From Cyanophyceae cyanobacterium (lineage in GTDB: Bacteria > Cyanobacteriota > Cyanobacteriia > Cyanobacteriales > Laspinemataceae): 64,000 bases of DNA. The stretch covers positions 383,269 to 447,268 of the forward strand of contig JBBQFN010000002.1 in assembly GCA_038321985.1 (NCBI GenBank), written 5' to 3'. The notes below the pieces were generated by a model, which made no database searches, was not told where the DNA came from, and was given only the letters and a program-made list of their open reading frames with translations. This document shows, piece after piece, positions 21,501 to 30,071 of the stretch (its first letter is position 1; each line of letters begins with the position of its first letter). The position numbers and the translations under genes were made by a program.

Positions 21501-21868
21501 ACGGCAAAATTGACCGCAAATCACTGCCAGTACCGGATTTTACAGGACCCAAAGAAACCTGGGTGGCACCGCGTACCCCCCTAGAAATCCAACTGGCTGA
21601 ATTATGGTTAGAAGTGCTGAAAATTGAGCGGAGTGGACTGTATGACAACTTCTTTGAATTGGGCGGACATTCCTTGCTGGCAACCCAACTGATTTCGCGA
21701 ATCCGGGAAGTATTTCAGGTGGAATTACCCCTGAAAACCTTATTTGAAGCCCCGACGATCGCCCAATTAGGGGAAGCGATCGCCCAGGGACAAGCCCCGG
21801 TGAAAGTACCGGCGATCGCCCGGGCATCGCGGCAGGGACGGCAGCTAAAGCGTTCCGAATTGAACTAA
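15548..21868 (+). CDS. NRPS: interface(I)-A(Asp)-T-C-A(Gly)-T
   Basis: Degenerate C motif ISALSGD; A code DLTKVGHVGK (SADLGNT, LKIVP, NHYGPTETTVG) indicates Asp; second A FDIAALE/MQATP/TTIWS indicates Gly. ATG 15548 with GGAGG overlaps the upstream stop. Confidence 0.92.
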   Translation: MHSNHQAGFRLSPQQKRLWSYQSGNPAYRAQCSVLIAGQFNLERLHSAIQTVVNRHDILRTQFRRIPGMKTPIMVVDNQMGFHWQTLNLSAVSSEDAQAKIQAIFTAEQSLPFDRDKGSPLRVCAITLAADQLLLMVSISALSGDNGTLRNWVKELSLAYSDKLDTSPDEEGVQYVQFSEWQHELLGDAGDAESGIAYWQQQDFSALERMKLPLQIFPPIEKPFTPKSYPWMMDSQGVTQLQTLAQQWEISPAVLLLTCWQILLHRLTGESEIIVGTIYNIRDDYEELKSVCGLLSHGLPVRLNFTSELPLQTAVDLTATSLSESVEWQDYIHSEFLESKGLLFPIGFEFISLQEPDSVDGVSFSITQQFTHSEPFQVKLTVRECPDGLQFELSYDKNYVSADYIQQLSEQFQTLLTQAIAHPNQNISQLPILPEQQRQFLLQLNQTDKSYPIQGGIHQLFEAAVNHSPDAIALVFEETQLTYRQLNEQSNQLAHSLKKLGVGPDAVVGILTHRSHLPLVAMLGILKAGGAYLPLDAELPSEALSLRLQDVQPVAVVTEQSLSHRLDCPFVCLDGETLGGESIENLAPSATENNLAYILFTSGSTGQPKAVAIAHRQILNYCYAIQERLNLTTPASFALVSTLSADLGNTAIFPALCTGGTLHIMSKVRSSDPDALAAYFRQHPIDCLKIVPSHLMALLGGDRPGDILPRQCLVLGGETATWEAVATIRKSAPHCRIFNHYGPTETTVGVLTYEVPQNRPAYAKTVPLGSAIANTQIYILDRHQQPVPIGVTGELYIGGAGVARGYLNRPELTQDKFIPNPFHTSQETHLYKTGDRARYLPDGTIEFLGRVDEQVKIRGFRIELGEIETVLTQHPTVREAVVTLREDEPGNPRLVAYLVPFGKLETVAIREFLAQRLPEYMIPGMFVTLERLSLTNNGKCDRRALPAPDTQLATVEYIAPRTPVEAAIAGIWSELLHCPNISIHDDFFALGGHSLLATQAISRLRATFQVELPLKTLFEASTLATLAKCIERAIQAELGLEIPAIVPMSRGETAPLSFAQQRLWFLDRLDPGSPSYNLPRAVRITGKLNPTALEHCFTEIVRRHEILRTQFVSLNRNPLQQIIPATPFNLPVIDLQGLSPEDSEAQVRRITEAEARQGFNLESDRLLRGQLLQLGATEWVLLFTLHHIVSDGWSTGVLIRELAALYPEFSEGKPSPLPELPIQYADFALWQQNWLQGAILETQLGYWKEQLGGSLPVLELPTDKPRPPVQTFRGNNVSLTLPPALSESLKQLSGQQGVTLYMTLLAAFKTLLYRYSGQADILVGSPIANRNHGEIEQSIGFFVNTLVLRTDLSDNPSFCQLINRVRKVTLGAYAHQDLPFEKLVEALQPERDLSRHPLFQVMFIFQNAPVTPLELPGLTLEPLEHENGTAKYDLSLYVRETDAGLEATWEYNTDLFEPATIQRMQGHWQTLLEAIATAPETPISHLPLLTPTEEQQLLIQGNQTQADYPQTACLHHLFEAQAQRTPDAVAVEFAGDRLTYRQLNIKANQLAHYLQEWGVQPNQLVGLYIERSLDMAIALLGILKAGAAYLPLDPAYPSERLQFTLADAGVSVLLTHQHLVPKLPTDQARVFCLDTDWRTIAPSSPKNPRSPVQAENLAYIIYTSGSTGKPKGVEISHRALVNFLTSMQRQPGLTSEDILLSVTTLSFDIAALELFLPLIVGAKLLLVSREVATDGVRLAQTLNASGTTVMQATPATWRLLLAAGWEGSSSLKIFCGGEALDSTLAQQLQERCAELWNMYGPTETTIWSLVYRVEKFRGMVPIGRAIANTQVYVLDSHLQPVPLGVPGELYIGGDGLARGYLNRPELTQEKFISNPYQPGSRLYKTGDLVRYLADGNLEFIARIDNQVKLRGYRIELGEIEAVLAQHPQVQQSVVVLRETRLIAYWVKAATELILPDLKGFLKTKLPAYMVPAVFVELETLPLTPNGKIDRKSLPVPDFTGPKETWVAPRTPLEIQLAELWLEVLKIERSGLYDNFFELGGHSLLATQLISRIREVFQVELPLKTLFEAPTIAQLGEAIAQGQAPVKVPAIARASRQGRQLKRSELN

Positions 21869-21899
21869 GGGTATAAGGTAACATTCAGGAGAGGGTGCA

Positions 21900-24800
21900 A
21901 TGGTTATGGAACTGAATCAGCAGATGCAACAGTTAGACGAAGAGGTGACAATTTTTCCGCCCTCTTTCGCCCAACAGCGACTGTGGTTTATCGATCGCCT
22001 AGGGGTAGCAAACACGGTATATAATATCCCCGCAGCAGTGCGATTGACTGGGGAACTGGATGTACTGGCCCTGGAAAACAGCCTGCAAGCGATCATTGAT
22101 CGCCATGAAGTCTTCCGGACCGGATTTGCTCTCACGTCCGGGGAACTGGTCCAGGCGATCGCCCCAACAGTGGAGTTCACCCTCAACCGGATCAACCTTC
22201 AGCATCTCCCAGAATCCAGCCGCGAAGCCCAAGGGCAAAAACTGGCTGAAACCGAGGCAAGCCAGGGGTTTGACTTGTCGCGTCCGCCCTTGTTGCGAGG
22301 GACGCTCATTCAACTGGGTGATTGCGATTGGATGCTCGTTCTCACGATGCACCATATCATCTCCGATGGGTGGTCCATTGGCGTCTTGATTCGGGAACTC
22401 AGCACTTTGTATGCTGCCTTTTTCCAAGGTAACCCCTCCCCGTTGCCTGAACTTCCGATCCAGTATGCCGATTTTGCCTTGTGGCAGCGCGACTGGTTAC
22501 AGGGAGAGGTGTTAGAGGCACAGTTAACCTACTGGAAACAGCAACTCGGCAGCACTCTGCCGATGTTAGACTTACCCAGCGATCGCCCCCGTCCCCCAGT
22601 CCAGACGTTCCGAGGGGCGAGTCACAGCTTCCAGTTACCCAAAGCTCTCTCGAACTCTCTCCAGGCATTGAGTCAGCAACAGGGAGTTACTTTATATATG
22701 ACCCTGTTGGCGGCTTTTAATATCCTGTTGGCGCGATATTCGGGGCAGAAAGATATACTTGTTGGTTCCCCCATTGCCAATCGCACAAGCCAGGAACTCG
22801 AACCGCTAATCGGCTTTTTTGTAAATACCCTTGTCTTACGGACTGATTTATCGGACAATCCCTCGGTTGTGGACTTGCTGGGGCGGGTGCGGAATATCGC
22901 CCTGGATGCCTTTGCCCATCAGGATTTGCCCTTTGAGAAGCTGGTAGAAGCGTTGCAGCCCGATCGCGACTTGAGTCGTCCCCCGTTATTTCAAGTGATG
23001 TTTGTCCTCCAAAATGTGCCAACCTCTCAGGTGCAGTTACCGGGACTCTGTATGACCCCTGTGACACTCCAAAATAGCACCGCTAAGTTTGATGTAACCT
23101 TATATATAACCGAGACAGAAGCGGGACTCAAGGCGAATTTAGAATACAATCGTGACTTGTTTACCCCGGCAACGATGGCCCGAATGGGGGAACATTTCCA
23201 GAACCTGCTAACAGCGATCGCCGCGAACCCCCAGCAGCGTCTCTCAGAGTTGCCCTTAGCGAGTCCGGCAGAACAAGCGCTACTGATGGACTGGAACCGT
23301 ACAGAGGCCGATTATCCCCGTCACTGCACGATCGCTGACCTATTCGAGGCGCAAGTAGAACAGACTCCCGATGCTGTCGCCCTAGTTTGTGGCGATCGCA
23401 CTTTGACTTATCGAGAACTCAACCGTCAGGCGAATCAACTCGCCCATCTGTTACAGCAGTCGGGAGTCGAAAGTGAGACTATTGTAGGGATTGCCATTGA
23501 GCGATCGCTGTTAGCCGTAGTCGGGATTCTCGGGATTCTCAAAGCAGGGGGCGCGTATCTTCCCCTTGACCCCGCTTATCCCCAAGAACGGTTAGCCTTT
23601 ATGTTAGAAGATGCGGGAGTCACTCTGTTATTGACTCAGCAGCATCTATTAACCCTTTTACCCGTTCATTCTGTTCCGACAATTTGTCTGGATGGTGAAG
23701 GAGAAGGTTTAGGAAAACAGAGTCCTAAAAACCCTCAGCGTCAACAGACTTCCGATGCGATCGCCTACATTGTTTACACCTCCGGGTCTACTGGCACTCC
23801 TAAAGCCGTTCAAGGTCTCCATCGCGGGGCTATCAATCGATTTGCTTGGATGTGGAAAACCTATCCTTTTGCTCAAAATGAGGTCTGTTGTCAAAAAACT
23901 TCCTTAAATTTTGTAGATTCCGTTTGGGAACTGTTTGGACCACTACTGCAAGGGATTAAAACGGTAATTATTCCGGATATAATTGTTAAAAATCCCCAGA
24001 AATTTATCGAAATTTTGGCCCAAGAACAAGTTACCCGCTTGGTTCTCGTTCCCACATTCCTGCACGTCTTGCTAGAAACTTATCCCGATTTATCCCAACG
24101 ACTGAACGCTTTAAACTTTTGGATTACCAGTGGAGAAGCCCTGTCTCAGGATTTATTGCAATGTTTTAGAAATAGCCTGCCCCATAGTCTATTATTAAAT
24201 CTATATGGATCTTCGGAAGTGTCCGCCGATGTGACTTATTATGCGTCTCATCCGGGGGAAATTGTTCCGGAGAGAGTGCCGATTGGTCGTCCTATTGCTA
24301 ACACTCAAATTCACATTTTAGATGAAGCATTCCAGCCCGTACCCCTCGGAATCCGGGGTGAGATTTATGTAGGGGGAGAAGGATTGGCTAGAGGGTATCT
24401 CAACCGGCCCGCACTCACCGTAGAACGCTTTATTCAAATGCCTGAAAATGATTCCCCGGGGGTGCGTCTTTATAAAACTGGGGACTTAGGTCGATATCTC
24501 CCTGATGGCAATATTCAATACTTAGGACGCCAAGATAATCAAGTCAAAATTCGCGGATTCCGCATTGAATTGGCTGAAGTCGAAACCGCCTTAAGAACCC
24601 ATCCCGAAATTCAGGATGGAGTGGTAATAGTCCGGGAAGATGAACCGGGGAATCAAAGATTAGTCGCTTATTTAGTTTGTCAGGAAAATGGCAAGAATTT
24701 AAGTAACAACTCCTGGCGGGAATTCCTTCTAAAAAAGTTACCAGAGTACATGGTTCCCACGGCTTTTGTTCACTTGGAAGCCCTGCCGTTAAATCCCAAC

Positions 24801-25217
24801 GGCAAAGTCGAGCGCCACGCCTTACCCAAGCCGAGTCACCTGGCTATTCACTCCGGGGGAAATCATCAAGAACCCCGGACAAAAATCGAAGAAACCATCG
24901 CCTCGGTTTGGAAACAACTACTGTCTATTGAACGAGTAGGAATCCACCATAACTTTTTTGAAATGGGCGGCCATTCGTTGCTGCTGATGCAAGTTCATCA
25001 CCAATTACAAAAAACTTTGAACCGTGAATTTCCTCTAGTCATCCTGTTTCAATATCCCACAATTGCTACTTTAGCGAACTATTTTGTACCCCCAGAAGAT
25101 CCGGCGACAATTCATCACCCAAGTCAGGACAGGGCCACCCATCGGATTGCATCGATGAATCGGCGCAAACAACGGCGAAACTCTATTAAAAATAACGAAC
25201 CCTATTCTAACGGTTAA
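21900..25217 (+). CDS. NRPS: C-A(beta-alanine-type)-T
   Basis: HHIISDG; A domain with a shifted Asp (NFVDSVWE), ITSGEAL and LYGSSEVSADV, the signature of beta-Ala-activating domains; GGHSL. Confidence 0.88.
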   Translation: MVMELNQQMQQLDEEVTIFPPSFAQQRLWFIDRLGVANTVYNIPAAVRLTGELDVLALENSLQAIIDRHEVFRTGFALTSGELVQAIAPTVEFTLNRINLQHLPESSREAQGQKLAETEASQGFDLSRPPLLRGTLIQLGDCDWMLVLTMHHIISDGWSIGVLIRELSTLYAAFFQGNPSPLPELPIQYADFALWQRDWLQGEVLEAQLTYWKQQLGSTLPMLDLPSDRPRPPVQTFRGASHSFQLPKALSNSLQALSQQQGVTLYMTLLAAFNILLARYSGQKDILVGSPIANRTSQELEPLIGFFVNTLVLRTDLSDNPSVVDLLGRVRNIALDAFAHQDLPFEKLVEALQPDRDLSRPPLFQVMFVLQNVPTSQVQLPGLCMTPVTLQNSTAKFDVTLYITETEAGLKANLEYNRDLFTPATMARMGEHFQNLLTAIAANPQQRLSELPLASPAEQALLMDWNRTEADYPRHCTIADLFEAQVEQTPDAVALVCGDRTLTYRELNRQANQLAHLLQQSGVESETIVGIAIERSLLAVVGILGILKAGGAYLPLDPAYPQERLAFMLEDAGVTLLLTQQHLLTLLPVHSVPTICLDGEGEGLGKQSPKNPQRQQTSDAIAYIVYTSGSTGTPKAVQGLHRGAINRFAWMWKTYPFAQNEVCCQKTSLNFVDSVWELFGPLLQGIKTVIIPDIIVKNPQKFIEILAQEQVTRLVLVPTFLHVLLETYPDLSQRLNALNFWITSGEALSQDLLQCFRNSLPHSLLLNLYGSSEVSADVTYYASHPGEIVPERVPIGRPIANTQIHILDEAFQPVPLGIRGEIYVGGEGLARGYLNRPALTVERFIQMPENDSPGVRLYKTGDLGRYLPDGNIQYLGRQDNQVKIRGFRIELAEVETALRTHPEIQDGVVIVREDEPGNQRLVAYLVCQENGKNLSNNSWREFLLKKLPEYMVPTAFVHLEALPLNPNGKVERHALPKPSHLAIHSGGNHQEPRTKIEETIASVWKQLLSIERVGIHHNFFEMGGHSLLLMQVHHQLQKTLNREFPLVILFQYPTIATLANYFVPPEDPATIHHPSQDRATHRIASMNRRKQRRNSIKNNEPYSNG

Positions 25218-25270
25218 TTCCAAATCCCCACTCTAACCCTTTGTAAACTTATCTGGATTTAATAACTCCC

Positions 25271-26884
25271 ATGCTTCAAATTCATCCTGTTAATTCCTCT
25301 ATTGATGCTTGGACTCCTTCTATTAAAGGGAGTATCCTCAGCCTCTTTGATCCATCCCCCCAGGCAGAAAACTGGGAAAAAGATGTTGATGAACAAATTT
25401 TAAAAATAACTTATCAATTTTTGCGGCAAATAGAAGCCACTAGCGATATTGAGCTTCATGACCTAGTTGCTCAATTTAAAGAATTTCATATTCCGGCTGA
25501 GGCGGCAAATTTTGAAGATTATTTGGAGAGTTTAACGAAAACCATCATCCCTCATTCAATTCATACGTCATCCCCGCGTTTTATCGGTCACATGACCTCG
25601 GCATTACCTCATTTTATGCGCCCCCTCGCTAAACTGATGACTGCCTTGAATCAGAATTTAGTGAAGACAGAAACCGCTAAAGCATTTACCCCTTATGAAC
25701 GGCAAGCATTAGGTATTTTGCATCGATCGCTGTATCAGTTCCCCGATGAATTTTACGAAGGCCACCTGCAAAATTCCCAGAGCACTTTGGGGATGGTTGT
25801 TTCCGGGGGAACCAGCGCTAATTTGACCGCCATGTGGTGTGCCCGTAATAGCTCATTGGGGCCGAAGGGTGATTTTAAAGGCATTGAAAAAGAAGGGTTA
25901 GCGGCTGCTTTGAATTTCTATGGATACCAAAGACAAGTGATTATCGGTTCGAGTTTGATGCACTACTCCTTTGAAAAGGCAGCAGATTTATTAGGAATAG
26001 GCAGTCAAGGATTAATTAAAATTCCTGCCGATCGCCACAACCGAATTGATTTGGATTGCCTGCGGGAAACCGTAGCCCAATGTCGTGCCCAAAAGCAACA
26101 TATTATCGCCATTGTTGGCATTGCTGGAACCACAGACTCAGGCGGAATCGACCCCATCGAAGAGATGGCAACGATCGCCCAAGAAACAGGGGTACATTTT
26201 CACGTTGATGCAGCTTGGGGAGGACCGTTAATCTTTTCTCAACAACATCGCTATAAGTTAGCAGGAATTGAACAAGCGGATTCAGTAACCATTGATGCTC
26301 ACAAACAATTATATGCACCGATGGGGATCGGCATGGTGATGTTCCAAAATCCCCAACTGGCAAAGGCGATTGAAAAACACGCTTGTTATACAGTGCGGGA
26401 AGGGTCAGCAGATTTGGGTCAGCGATCGCTGGAAGGGTCCCGCCCTGCCATGTCCCTGTTTCTGCACGCTGGATTGCACGCGATCGGGCTAAAAGGGTAT
26501 GAATTCTTAATTGATGAAGGCATCCGCAAAACTCAGTATATGGCTGAACAGGTGCGATCGCGTCCGGAATTTGAACTCTTAGCAGAACCGGAAATTAATC
26601 TATTGATTTATCGTTACATCCCTCAAGAATGGCGAGAATTAGCCATAGCAGGGGAGTTAACAGAAACCCAAAATAAAGCCATTGATTTAGTCAATGAACA
26701 GTTACAAAAAGCCCAACGTCACGCGGGACGCACGTTTATCGCCCGCACGATTACTCAAACGACTCGGTATCGACCCCGTTCGATTGTGGCATTACGGGCA
26801 GCTATTGCTAATCCTCTGACGACTGAAGCCGATATCGATGCTGTATTAGAAGACCAAATTGCTCTCATGACCCGTTTAAATTGA
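25271..26884 (+). CDS. panP: PLP-dependent group II decarboxylase, PanP-like aspartate 1-decarboxylase
   Basis: FIGHMTSALP, LNQNLVKTETAKAFT, SGGTSANL, HFHVDAAWGG, IDAHKQLY (PLP Lys), LEGSRP. Confidence 0.8.
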   Translation: MLQIHPVNSSIDAWTPSIKGSILSLFDPSPQAENWEKDVDEQILKITYQFLRQIEATSDIELHDLVAQFKEFHIPAEAANFEDYLESLTKTIIPHSIHTSSPRFIGHMTSALPHFMRPLAKLMTALNQNLVKTETAKAFTPYERQALGILHRSLYQFPDEFYEGHLQNSQSTLGMVVSGGTSANLTAMWCARNSSLGPKGDFKGIEKEGLAAALNFYGYQRQVIIGSSLMHYSFEKAADLLGIGSQGLIKIPADRHNRIDLDCLRETVAQCRAQKQHIIAIVGIAGTTDSGGIDPIEEMATIAQETGVHFHVDAAWGGPLIFSQQHRYKLAGIEQADSVTIDAHKQLYAPMGIGMVMFQNPQLAKAIEKHACYTVREGSADLGQRSLEGSRPAMSLFLHAGLHAIGLKGYEFLIDEGIRKTQYMAEQVRSRPEFELLAEPEINLLIYRYIPQEWRELAIAGELTETQNKAIDLVNEQLQKAQRHAGRTFIARTITQTTRYRPRSIVALRAAIANPLTTEADIDAVLEDQIALMTRLN

Positions 26885-26932
26885 GCCTAAACTTAGATAA
26901 TTTCTCCCTTAGCAGTGTAAAAAATAGAACCC

Positions 26933-29900
26933 ATGAATAACTTTTCTGAACCAATAGAAAGCCTAGATGCGATCGCCATTGTCGGGATGGCGATTCGGTT
27001 TCCGGGTGCCAATTCCCCCGAACAATTCTGGCAAAATTTAGAACAAGGAGTAGAATCTATCTCCTTTTTCTCCGAAGGTGATATTGTTGCAGCAGGAATC
27101 GACCCAGAATTAGTCCAAAATCCCCGCTATGTTAAAGCCCGTTCTATCTTAGAAAATGTAGAACAATTTGATGCCAAATTTTTTGGATTTACCCCCCGAG
27201 AAGCGGCCATCACTGACCCCCAACATCGCATCATGCTTGAATGCGCTTGGGAATCCTTAGAAAATGCCGGATACGATAGCGAAACCTATCCTGGGCGAAT
27301 AGGAGTATATGCCGGGATGGGATTAAGCAGTTATTCTTTATTTAATTTATATCCCAACCGAGATTTAATTGAATCAGTCGGAGTCTTTCAAACCTTAATT
27401 AGCAATGACAAAGATTTTCTGCCCACGCGGATTTCTTATCAATTGAATTTACGCGGTCCTAGCGTTAACGTTCAAACCGCTTGTTCTACCTCTTTAGTAG
27501 CGGTGCATATCGCCTGCCAAAGTTTGCTGAATGGGGAATGCGATATGGCTTTAGCAGGCGCTGGTAGCATTCGAGTTCCGCAACAATCCGGTTATTTATA
27601 TCAAGAGGAAAGCATTCTTTCCCCCGATGGTCATTGTCGAGCTTTTGATGCTAATGCCAAAGGGACCGTATTCGGCAATGGGGCGGGAATTGTAGTCTTA
27701 AAACGATTGGAAAATGCCATTGCCGATGGGGATACAATTCGCGCCATTATTAAAGGATCTGCCATTAATAATGATGGGAATTTAAAAGTAGGTTATACTG
27801 CGCCCAGTGTTGCCGGTCAAGCTGAGGCGATCGCCGAAGCAATGGCGGTGGCAAATGTTGCGCCAGAAACCGTTAGTTATATCCAAACTCACGGGACCGG
27901 CACCGCCTTGGGAGACCCCATAGAAATCGCTGCCCTTACCCAAGTTTTCTCCGGCCATACTGATAAAAAAGCCTGCTGTGCGATCGGTTCAGTCAAGAGC
28001 AATATCGGTCATTTGGATACTGCTTCAGGAATTGCTGGATTGGTTCAAACTGTGTTAGCCCTCGAACATCAAGCGATTCCCCCCACTTTGCATTTTGAAT
28101 CACCTAATCCTCAAATTGACTTTGAAAATAGTCCATTTTATGTTAATGTGAAACTATCACCATGGCAATCCGGAGAAACCCCCCGTCGGGCGGGAGTCAG
28201 TTCTTTTGGAATTGGGGGTACAAACGCTCATATCGTCTTAGAAGAAGCGCCGGTTACTAACAAAAAAGCACAAAACAGCCGCCTACCTCAACTGTTAGTT
28301 ATTTCTGCCAAAACTGCATCTGCCTTAGAAAAATCCACCCAGAATTTAGCAGATTATTTAAAAGACCATTCCCATTGCAATTTAGCCGATGTCGCCTACA
28401 CCTTACAAGTGGGACGGCGGGGATTTAATTATCGCCGGATGGTCGTTGCTGAAACAGCGGAAGCGGCAGCAACGGCCCTTTCTAGTCGAGAACCCCAGGG
28501 CGTATTTAGCAGCGAATGTACCACCGTTAATCCCCCTATTACCTTTATGTTCCCCGGACAAGGGTCACAATATGTGAACATGGGACGGGGACTCTATGAA
28601 AATCAGCCAGTTTTTCGAGAATGGGTGGATCGTGCCTGTGAACTGTTGTTGCCTCACTTAGCACTTGATTTACGGACCTTACTCTATCCCGAACCCGGCA
28701 CCGAAGCAGCCGCAACGGAACGACTCGCACAAACCCAATTCACCCAACCGGCTTTATTTGTCGTCGAATATGCCATCGCACAACTCTGGAAAGCGTGGGG
28801 AATTCAACCCACTGCGGCGATCGGTCATAGCATCGGCGAATATGTTGCCGCCTGTCTTGCCGGGGTGTTCTCCTTTGAGGATGCCTTAGCGTTAGTGGCA
28901 GTCCGAGGACGACTGATGCAGCAATTGCCGGGGGGTTCTATGTTGGCAGTTTGTTTATCGGAGGAGGAAGTGCGAAAACATCTGGAAGAAAGCCTTTCCC
29001 TGGCAACCATTAACAGTCCCTCTCTGTGCGCTATTTCCGGGAAAACCGAGGCGATCGCCCAATTGGAACGACAACTCACCGAAACCGGCGTCACCTGTCG
29101 CCGTCTGCATACCTCTCACGCCTTCCATTCCCCGATGATGGAACCGATTTTAGATGAATTTCGCGATCGCGTTGCCCAAGTGAGACGAAACGCCCCGCAA
29201 CTGCCGTTTATCTCCAATGTCACTGGCACTTGGATCACCCCAGAAGAGGCGATCGACCCCAATTATTGGGCGACTCATTTGCGTCAACCTGTACAATTTT
29301 CTGATGGGATTGCTGAAATATTAACCCGAGAGGATTCTCTTTTTCTGGAAGTGGGACCGGGACGGACTCTGAGTACCTTAACCCAACAACAAGTTAATCC
29401 AAAATTTCCCCGAACGATTCTAACCTCTCTGTCTCATCCCCGAGATGGACAATCGGATTTAGCCGTTCTCTTTTCAACATTAGGACGCCTCTGGTTGGCG
29501 GGAGTTAACATTGATTGGATGGCATTATATGGACAAGAAAAACCTAGCCATGTTCCCTTGCCAACCTATCCCTTTGAACGCCAGCGTTACTGGATTGACC
29601 CGCCCCAATTCACTCGGCAAAATCGTTCTATCGAACCCTTCCAATTTTTGCCCAATACTGAAGGGACGATGGAGGTAGAACCTAATTACAGTAAGGGGAG
29701 TAATTCTAGTTATATTGCTCCCACAAATGAACTCGAACAAGCCTTAGCCGAAATTTGGCAAGAATTGCTAGGCTTCGAGAAAGTCGGGATTTATGATAAT
29801 TTCTTTGAACTCGGGGGTCATTCCCTCTTAGCAACTCAATTACTATCTCGAATTGCCACCACATTAGATGTAAAAGTACCTATGCGTCGGTTAATGGAAA

Positions 29901-30004
29901 CCGCCACCATTGCTGAGTTAGCGGTTGCAATTGAAGAAGAATTGATTGCTGACTTGGAGGGTTTAAGCGATGAAGAGGCGGAACGATTGCTGATTCAATC
30001 TTAA
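26933..30004 (+). CDS. Type I PKS module KS-AT(malonyl)-ACP with no reductive domains
   Basis: DPQHR, TACSTS, THGTGT and KSNIGH (KS); GHSIG and HAFHS (malonyl AT); GGHSL carrier; too short for KR/DH. Confidence 0.93.
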   Translation: MNNFSEPIESLDAIAIVGMAIRFPGANSPEQFWQNLEQGVESISFFSEGDIVAAGIDPELVQNPRYVKARSILENVEQFDAKFFGFTPREAAITDPQHRIMLECAWESLENAGYDSETYPGRIGVYAGMGLSSYSLFNLYPNRDLIESVGVFQTLISNDKDFLPTRISYQLNLRGPSVNVQTACSTSLVAVHIACQSLLNGECDMALAGAGSIRVPQQSGYLYQEESILSPDGHCRAFDANAKGTVFGNGAGIVVLKRLENAIADGDTIRAIIKGSAINNDGNLKVGYTAPSVAGQAEAIAEAMAVANVAPETVSYIQTHGTGTALGDPIEIAALTQVFSGHTDKKACCAIGSVKSNIGHLDTASGIAGLVQTVLALEHQAIPPTLHFESPNPQIDFENSPFYVNVKLSPWQSGETPRRAGVSSFGIGGTNAHIVLEEAPVTNKKAQNSRLPQLLVISAKTASALEKSTQNLADYLKDHSHCNLADVAYTLQVGRRGFNYRRMVVAETAEAAATALSSREPQGVFSSECTTVNPPITFMFPGQGSQYVNMGRGLYENQPVFREWVDRACELLLPHLALDLRTLLYPEPGTEAAATERLAQTQFTQPALFVVEYAIAQLWKAWGIQPTAAIGHSIGEYVAACLAGVFSFEDALALVAVRGRLMQQLPGGSMLAVCLSEEEVRKHLEESLSLATINSPSLCAISGKTEAIAQLERQLTETGVTCRRLHTSHAFHSPMMEPILDEFRDRVAQVRRNAPQLPFISNVTGTWITPEEAIDPNYWATHLRQPVQFSDGIAEILTREDSLFLEVGPGRTLSTLTQQQVNPKFPRTILTSLSHPRDGQSDLAVLFSTLGRLWLAGVNIDWMALYGQEKPSHVPLPTYPFERQRYWIDPPQFTRQNRSIEPFQFLPNTEGTMEVEPNYSKGSNSSYIAPTNELEQALAEIWQELLGFEKVGIYDNFFELGGHSLLATQLLSRIATTLDVKVPMRRLMETATIAELAVAIEEELIADLEGLSDEEAERLLIQS

Positions 30005-30071
30005 GTTAAAAACAAAGCAATACCCTGTCCCCACGAAAATTATTGTCCTGTTTTATCTCTAAATAATCCCC

